A DNA stretch of 37,833 nt from the NCBI GenBank assembly GCA_052055015.1, contig JBQJIT010000061.1. One strand, 5' to 3'. This stretch comes from Malassezia furfur. Its lineage: Eukaryota. The number at the start of each line of letters is the position of its first letter. The stretch's first letter is position 1. This document shows positions 32,851 to 37,833 of this stretch, one piece after another. The notes under the pieces were generated by a model that had not been told where the DNA came from, did not search any database, and saw only the letters and a list, made by a program, of their open reading frames with translations. Made by a program: the position numbers and the translations under genes.

Positions 32851-34286
32851 GTGTCACGAGCAGGTTCTTGACGTTGGGCAGCGTGTTGCGTAGGTCCAGC
32901 ATGGGGACTCCGTAGGCGTGCATGAGCTGCTCAATGTCCTTGTTGAGCAGGAACACGCCATATTCGTAGCGATACGGCTCCACGCCTTTGCCGTAGAGGG
33001 CAAACGTTCGTGGCCCGGACATGACGCTGATAGGGTCTTGGACGACGGCGCGGCTGCCGACCGGGCGGAGCGGATAGGGCAGTGGGATATGGAGGTAGGC
33101 ACTGGCCAAGACGACAATCTGGGCGACGTATGCCAGTGCAGCTGCACTTTCGTCCAAGGCCGACTTGTGCACCAGGGCGCCTGACCGCTCGTCAGTAGAT
33201 GCGACGCCGTTTGGTAGTGCGAGTCCGGCAATCGAATAGAGTAGATCGCGTGCACTCTCGAGCTGGATGGGGTAGATAAACTCGAGGTCACGCAGAAGGC
33301 GCACGCGGTGCTGCTGGATGGACTGTTCGAGTTCCTCGGCGCGTTTCCTGATGTTAGACAGCGTAGCGACGTACGTGGTCTCAGTGGACGCTTCTTGTGC
33401 CCGTGTGTGGCGCTGCCGGATATCTTGGAGCAGGGCAGCGCCGCGTTCCAAGTTGTCGCGGCGTGTCTGCAATGCCGAGCGTGCTTCAACGACCGCGGCG
33501 CGCGCTGGATAAGATGGGACACGTACCGCGAGACACTTCCTCCTTGCGCAGCTGGACGCGGTGGCGCAAATCCTTGAGTCGTTGTCGAGATTCGAGCTGA
33601 TGGCGCTGCGTTGGTGGTCTGAGACGTACCTTTTCAGCCAGGCCATTGTCGGTGAGGGCATGACCGCACCGCCGCTGCAGTGTATGCAGAGCGTCATGTA
33701 GCGCGTTGAGGTCTCCTTGGACATGCACCACGCTCAGGGCTTGGGCAAGCGTGCAGCTCCTCTGCATGTGGGTCTCCACCATTGAGAGCAGCATCGCACG
33801 GCGGCCGGCTTCCTCGGCGTCGGGCTCGTGTGATGCATCGTTGTGGACTGCGACGTACTCCAACTGGGTATCTGCGCGATTCTGGCGCAAGCCGAGGTAC
33901 ACCAGGTTTGGCTGCGGCTCATACACCGTGCCGAGTTCGGTGCCGAGCGACGGGAGCGTACGCAGGTCAATAAGGACCTCCCAGAGACACGACCAGTGTT
34001 GGCCTGTGCGTACATAGAGTCCCACGAGCAGTTCGGGCGTGTGCGACCATGCCGAGGGTGCAAAGTCGTGTGCGGGCCGGATCGGCGGGCTGGTGTATTC
34101 CCCCCACGACGCCTGTGCGGTGGGTGCGGGCCGTGTGATATAGAACGGGGGCTCGTTGGGCCTGCGTAGGGTCACGAAGCAGGCAGATACGCTCGCCGTG
34201 TCGGATGCCGACGATGCCGTAGACGCCTGTGCGTTGCGCACATGCACCGCCGCGAGATCGGCAAGGCGTCGGTGCGCGGCGGCCAT
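32837..34286 (-). CDS. Vps38/UVRAG (Atg14-family) PI3K complex subunit; introns 33606-33629, 33505-33526, 33348-33374
   Basis: C2-like N-terminus and coiled coil, then LEFIYPI..YSIAGLALP..AAALAYVAQIV..YLHIPLPYPL..GSRA..DPIS..YEYGVFLLNKDIEQL..DLRNTLPN. Confidence 0.82.
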
Positions 34287-34336
34287 GGTGCGGTGCGTGT
34301 GGAGGAAAATGCGCCCATTTCGCCGTGCGAGCCACG

Positions 34337-34977
34337 ATGACCACGGTGCGGCCGTTTGCGGCGAGCGACCTGTTTCATTTCAACAATGTGAACATGGACC
34401 ACTGGACGGAGACGTACAGCAACGGCTTTTACCTGAACTACCTTGCGCAGTGGCCGGACATGATGCTGACGGCGTGTGCGGCGCATTCCGGCAAAATGAT
34501 GGGTTATGTGCTGGGCAAGACCGAGGGCCGCGCGCCCAAGGGCCGCGCCTCGGCAGAGGAGCTCACGCTACACGGGCACGTCACCGCGGTCACGGTCGCG
34601 CCCGAGTTCCGGCGGCTTGGCGTGGCGCAGATGCTGATGGACTTTTTCGAGCTGGTCTCGGAGCGTGTGTACGACGCGTACTTCGTGGATCTGTTTGTGC
34701 GTCCGTCGAATGCGAAAGCGATCCAGATGTACGAGAAGCGCGGCTACTCGGTGTACCGCCGCGTGCATGCCTACTACCGCGGCGGGTCGCCCGACATGCT
34801 CGAGGACGGGCTGGGTACGTTGTGTGCTGACGCAGACATGCGCAAGCCGCTGCCGCGCGACGTGCAGCGCCAAACGGTGCGCAAGAACGGCCACCGCGTG
34901 GTGGTGCGGCCCGAGTACGTGTGTGTGGCTGATGCAGAGCGACCCTTTTCCCACCCATGGTGCGCCCCGGTGTATAG
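34337..34977 (+). CDS. NAT3: NatB catalytic subunit Nat3/NAA20; introns 34815-34835, 34915-34937
   Basis: MTTVRPF..DLFHFNNVNMDHWTETY, HGHVTAVTVAPEFRRLG, FVDLFVRPSN, GYSVYRRV. Splicing restores EDGLDMRKPL. Confidence 0.93.
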
Positions 34978-35031
34978 GTGTGCGTCCAGCACGGCACGTA
35001 GCCGCGATACCATGCTTTGTACGGCTGCTAT

Positions 35032-36050
35032 CTACTTGGGCGGCTGGTACGGCTCCACGAGGTACTTGGAGAGCGACTCGAGCTTGGCAGGCCCGCGCAC
35101 CTCCTCTGTGAGGAGCGGGATTTTGACAATGTTGAAGTCCTCCGCATACAGGTCCTCCATCTCGGCGACGTACTTGTCCTGCATCGCCTTGCGCACGCGA
35201 CAGTGCTCGCACGTCGAGCCCGGCGGCGGGTAGAGGAGCTGGTTGCACACGATGGCGTGGGTATCGATGTCGTACTGCGTGAGTTCCTGGATGAGGCGCT
35301 CAGTCTCGTAGAGCGACAGGAACTCGGCGATACACACGCACACAAACGTGGTCTTATCCGCGTCCTTGAACTGCGAGTTGACCTCGGTGATCACCTGGCG
35401 CATCGACTCGAGCTTCGCAAACATGTCCTCCTGCGAGCCCTGGCCGCCGCCCATCATGTTGGTCAGCTGCGAGAACATGGGCCCGAGGCTCTTGCCAAAC
35501 GTGCTAAACTTGGCGAGCGCCTTCTCGAGCACCGACGGGAAGGAGAGGAAGCGCAGCGTGTGGCCGGTGGGCGCGGTGTCGAACACCACGACGCTGTACT
35601 CCATCGACTTGACGAGCTTCATGATCTCGGCAAAGCCCATCGCCTCGTCGACACCCGGGATGGCGAACGCGAGGTCCTGCATAAACGGCGCCATCGCACC
35701 GCCCTGCTGCTCGGCTGGGGTCAGCGGCGGCCGAACGTACACTGCTCGATCATCTCCTGCATGCTGCTCGTCGGGTCGATCTCCATGGCGCTCAGGTTGC
35801 TGAACCCGTTCACCTTGACCGCCTCGCGCCCAAACTTCTGGCCGAACGCGTCCGAGAGGTTGTGCGCCGGGTCGGTGGAGATCAGCAGGACGCTCTCGCG
35901 CACCTTGGCGAGCTGGATCGCGAGCGCACACGAGGTGGTCGTCTTGCCGACACCACCCTTGCCGCCGCAGAACACCCACTTCAGCGACTTCTGGTCAAGG
36001 ATGCTCTGCAGCGTCGCGGGCTGCGCGTCGTCCACGGTCGTCGTCGCCAT
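35032..36050 (-). CDS. GET3: ATPase Get3/ASNA1; intron 35715-35740
   Basis: [60 protein letters not shown]. Confidence 0.96.
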
Positions 36051-36068
36051 GGTCGTGGGGAAGGAAGA

Positions 36069-36085
36069 CACGTGTTCTCCACGTG
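36069..36085. promoter_or_regulatory. Two CACGTG cores in the 64-bp GET3/IRE1 divergent promoter
   Basis: CACGTG at 36069-36074 (GACACGTGT) and 36080-36085 (CCACGTG). Confidence 0.4.
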
Positions 36086-36114
36086 CGCCGCTTCGCTCGG
36101 TGCATGGGGCGACG

Positions 36115-37833
36115 ATGCGGTGGTGGAGCGCTGCGCGTGTTGTGGTGCTCGTGGTAGGCGCGCTGGCCACGCTGGCCACGGCGCAGGACATGCGCGACCT
36201 GGTGCGCCGCCCCGGCGCATTCGGGCCGCGCATCCCGTACACGAGTCTTCCGCCCGACCCCAACCAGGTGCTCGATCTCGAGCTGTCCAACGTCGTGCTC
36301 GCGACGGCGATCGACGGGCGCCTCCTCGGCATCGACCGCACGAACGGCGCGGTGCTATGGGACCTGTCCGCACACACACACACGGTGCCGGACCTGCTGC
36401 AGCCGCTCGTGTCGACGCACTTTGGCGCACAGCACCGCACGCTTGAGCAGCTCGCCGCAGATGCGGTGAAGTACGGCGACGCCGAGACGCTCCGGGTGCT
36501 AGAGTCTGGCGGGATCTATGTCGTGGAGCCGTCGAGCGGCGGCGACCTCTATATGCTGCGCACGCGCACCGAGCACGGCGAGGTGCGCCCGCAGCTCGAA
36601 AAGATGCCCTTCTCGCTGCCCGATTTGGTCGCGCTGAGTCCGTTTTCGCTGAGCAGCGACGACACGCGCATCTTTGTCGCCGAGAAGCGCACACGCCTCG
36701 TGGAGCTCAATGTGTTTACTGGCACGATCGGGACCGTATTCGACGCCAAGGACGCCTATCTGCACGACTTCCCACCGCCCCAAGCTTCCTACGCCGGGGC
36801 GCGCGCCGACGACCACACGGGCTACGACGCAATCGAGTCGCCGTGGGTGTACGTGGGCCGCACGGACTACACGCTCACCGTGCACGTACGCAGCACGCCG
36901 AACGCGTCGCAGACGCTGCACTACAGCGTGTATGCGCCGAACAGCGTAGACCAGGACATTGCGGCGCTCTGGGCGCAGCACGGCGACCAGATCGACGCGC
37001 ATGGCATCCTCGTCGCGCCCGAGGATAAGGCGCTCGTGTGCTTTGACCTCGCGCACCTCCGCACGGGTGCGCGTGCGTCGCCGCCGCCGATGCCGCCCGT
37101 GGTGTGGACGCGCACGCTGAACACGAGCGTGGTCGACCTGTTCGACGTGGTGTTTGTGCCGCCGACCTCGACGGCGCCCGACACGCCGCTGCTGCGCCCG
37201 GTGGTCGTGCCGCACAACCCCAAGGACCTCGCGCATGTCGTCGAGCAGCAGCGCCGCGGCGTGCCGCGGCAGCTGTCGTCCGCCTACCTCGGCATGTCGC
37301 CGAGCGGCACGCTGTATGCGCTCGGCCGCTCGCGCTACCCCCTCGTGGAGCTGGCGTCGCCCGCGGCTGCGACGCGGGGGCGGCGCACGAGCGCGGACGA
37401 CGTGTCGCTGCAGCCGTGGCTCGGCGGGTACGAAGTGCCGAGCCAGGTGCCGCTGACCGACATTCCGCTGCTCGATGCGCCGCACTACGACCACCGCCCG
37501 CAGATCGGTGCGCCGCCGCCGGTGCCCGTGCTGTCGTGGCACAACGAGGCGACGCGCCTGCTGGTCCTGCGCATCGCCGGCCTGGCGTTCCTCGTGTTTG
37601 TGATTGTGCGGGGCTACCTGTTGATCCGCAAGGACCGCACGCCTCTCATTCTCAACACGGAGACGCTGCACTTTGATGCGGAGCGCCCGCGCGAGGTGCC
37701 CGACAAGGCCAGCGACAAGGCGCCCGAGGCGAAGGCCCCCGAAAAGGCTCCCGAAAAGGCCCCGGCCGTGGCGCGCGCCTCGACGCCCGCGCCCGCCGAG
37801 GCCAACGGCGTAGCGGCGGATGGCACGCCGCGT
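36115..37833 (+). CDS. IRE1: Ire1 ER-stress sensor, N-terminal part (signal peptide, luminal domain, TM); 3'-partial
   Basis: Open frame from ATG 36115 to the window end, so it is missing from the ORF track. [23 protein letters not shown] signal; luminal motifs [76 protein letters not shown]. The kinase/RNase domains lie outside the window. Confidence 0.85.
   Translation, partial: MRWWSAARVVVLVVGALATLATAQDMRDLVRRPGAFGPRIPYTSLPPDPNQVLDLELSNVVLATAIDGRLLGIDRTNGAVLWDLSAHTHTVPDLLQPLVSTHFGAQHRTLEQLAADAVKYGDAETLRVLESGGIYVVEPSSGGDLYMLRTRTEHGEVRPQLEKMPFSLPDLVALSPFSLSSDDTRIFVAEKRTRLVELNVFTGTIGTVFDAKDAYLHDFPPPQASYAGARADDHTGYDAIESPWVYVGRTDYTLTVHVRSTPNASQTLHYSVYAPNSVDQDIAALWAQHGDQIDAHGILVAPEDKALVCFDLAHLRTGARASPPPMPPVVWTRTLNTSVVDLFDVVFVPPTSTAPDTPLLRPVVVPHNPKDLAHVVEQQRRGVPRQLSSAYLGMSPSGTLYALGRSRYPLVELASPAAATRGRRTSADDVSLQPWLGGYEVPSQVPLTDIPLLDAPHYDHRPQIGAPPPVPVLSWHNEATRLLVLRIAGLAFLVFVIVRGYLLIRKDRTPLILNTETLHFDAERPREVPDKASDKAPEAKAPEKAPEKAPAVARASTPAPAEANGVAADGTPR

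Noticed and set aside
1..34977. Co-occurrence of two GPI genes (GAB1, PER1) and two N-acetyltransferase subunits (MAK10, NAT3) as a functional cluster
   Set aside because: They are separated by unrelated housekeeping genes and belong to different complexes; chance explains it.
37700..37766. Short repeats encoding [21 protein letters not shown]
   Set aside because: Ordinary low-complexity linker in the Ire1 cytosolic juxtamembrane region; not a mobile or CRISPR repeat.

Overview
A very compact, GC-rich fungal genome window, most likely Malassezia or a related Ustilaginomycotina yeast (inferred from gene density, intron style and protein sequences). It holds 19 protein-coding genes: GAB1/PIG-U (5' partial), MAK10, ABD1, ISM1, HCR1, PER1, HSH49, a hexose transporter, a Usv1/NsdC-like C2H2 factor, a Pcl/Clg1-type cyclin, SNT2, RPL3, a universal stress protein, STH1/SNF2, CDC45, VPS38/UVRAG, NAT3, GET3 and IRE1 (3' partial). 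I resolved 27 GT-AG introns by hand. Nineteen are only 21-29 nt long, and five are in-frame and stop-free. The main surprise is an H/ACA snoRNA at about 11405-11651 that the ORF track does not show. Its pocket matches the LSU rRNA site equivalent to yeast Psi2944 (snR37-like). It is interrupted by a 27-nt spliceosomal intron, and its 5' leader can pair either with its own 3' end or with the rRNA A-loop. Divergent genes sit only 50-90 bp apart, one convergent pair shares overlapping stop codons, and CDC45 has an MCB-rich palindromic intron. All calls come from reading the sequence; no searches were run.
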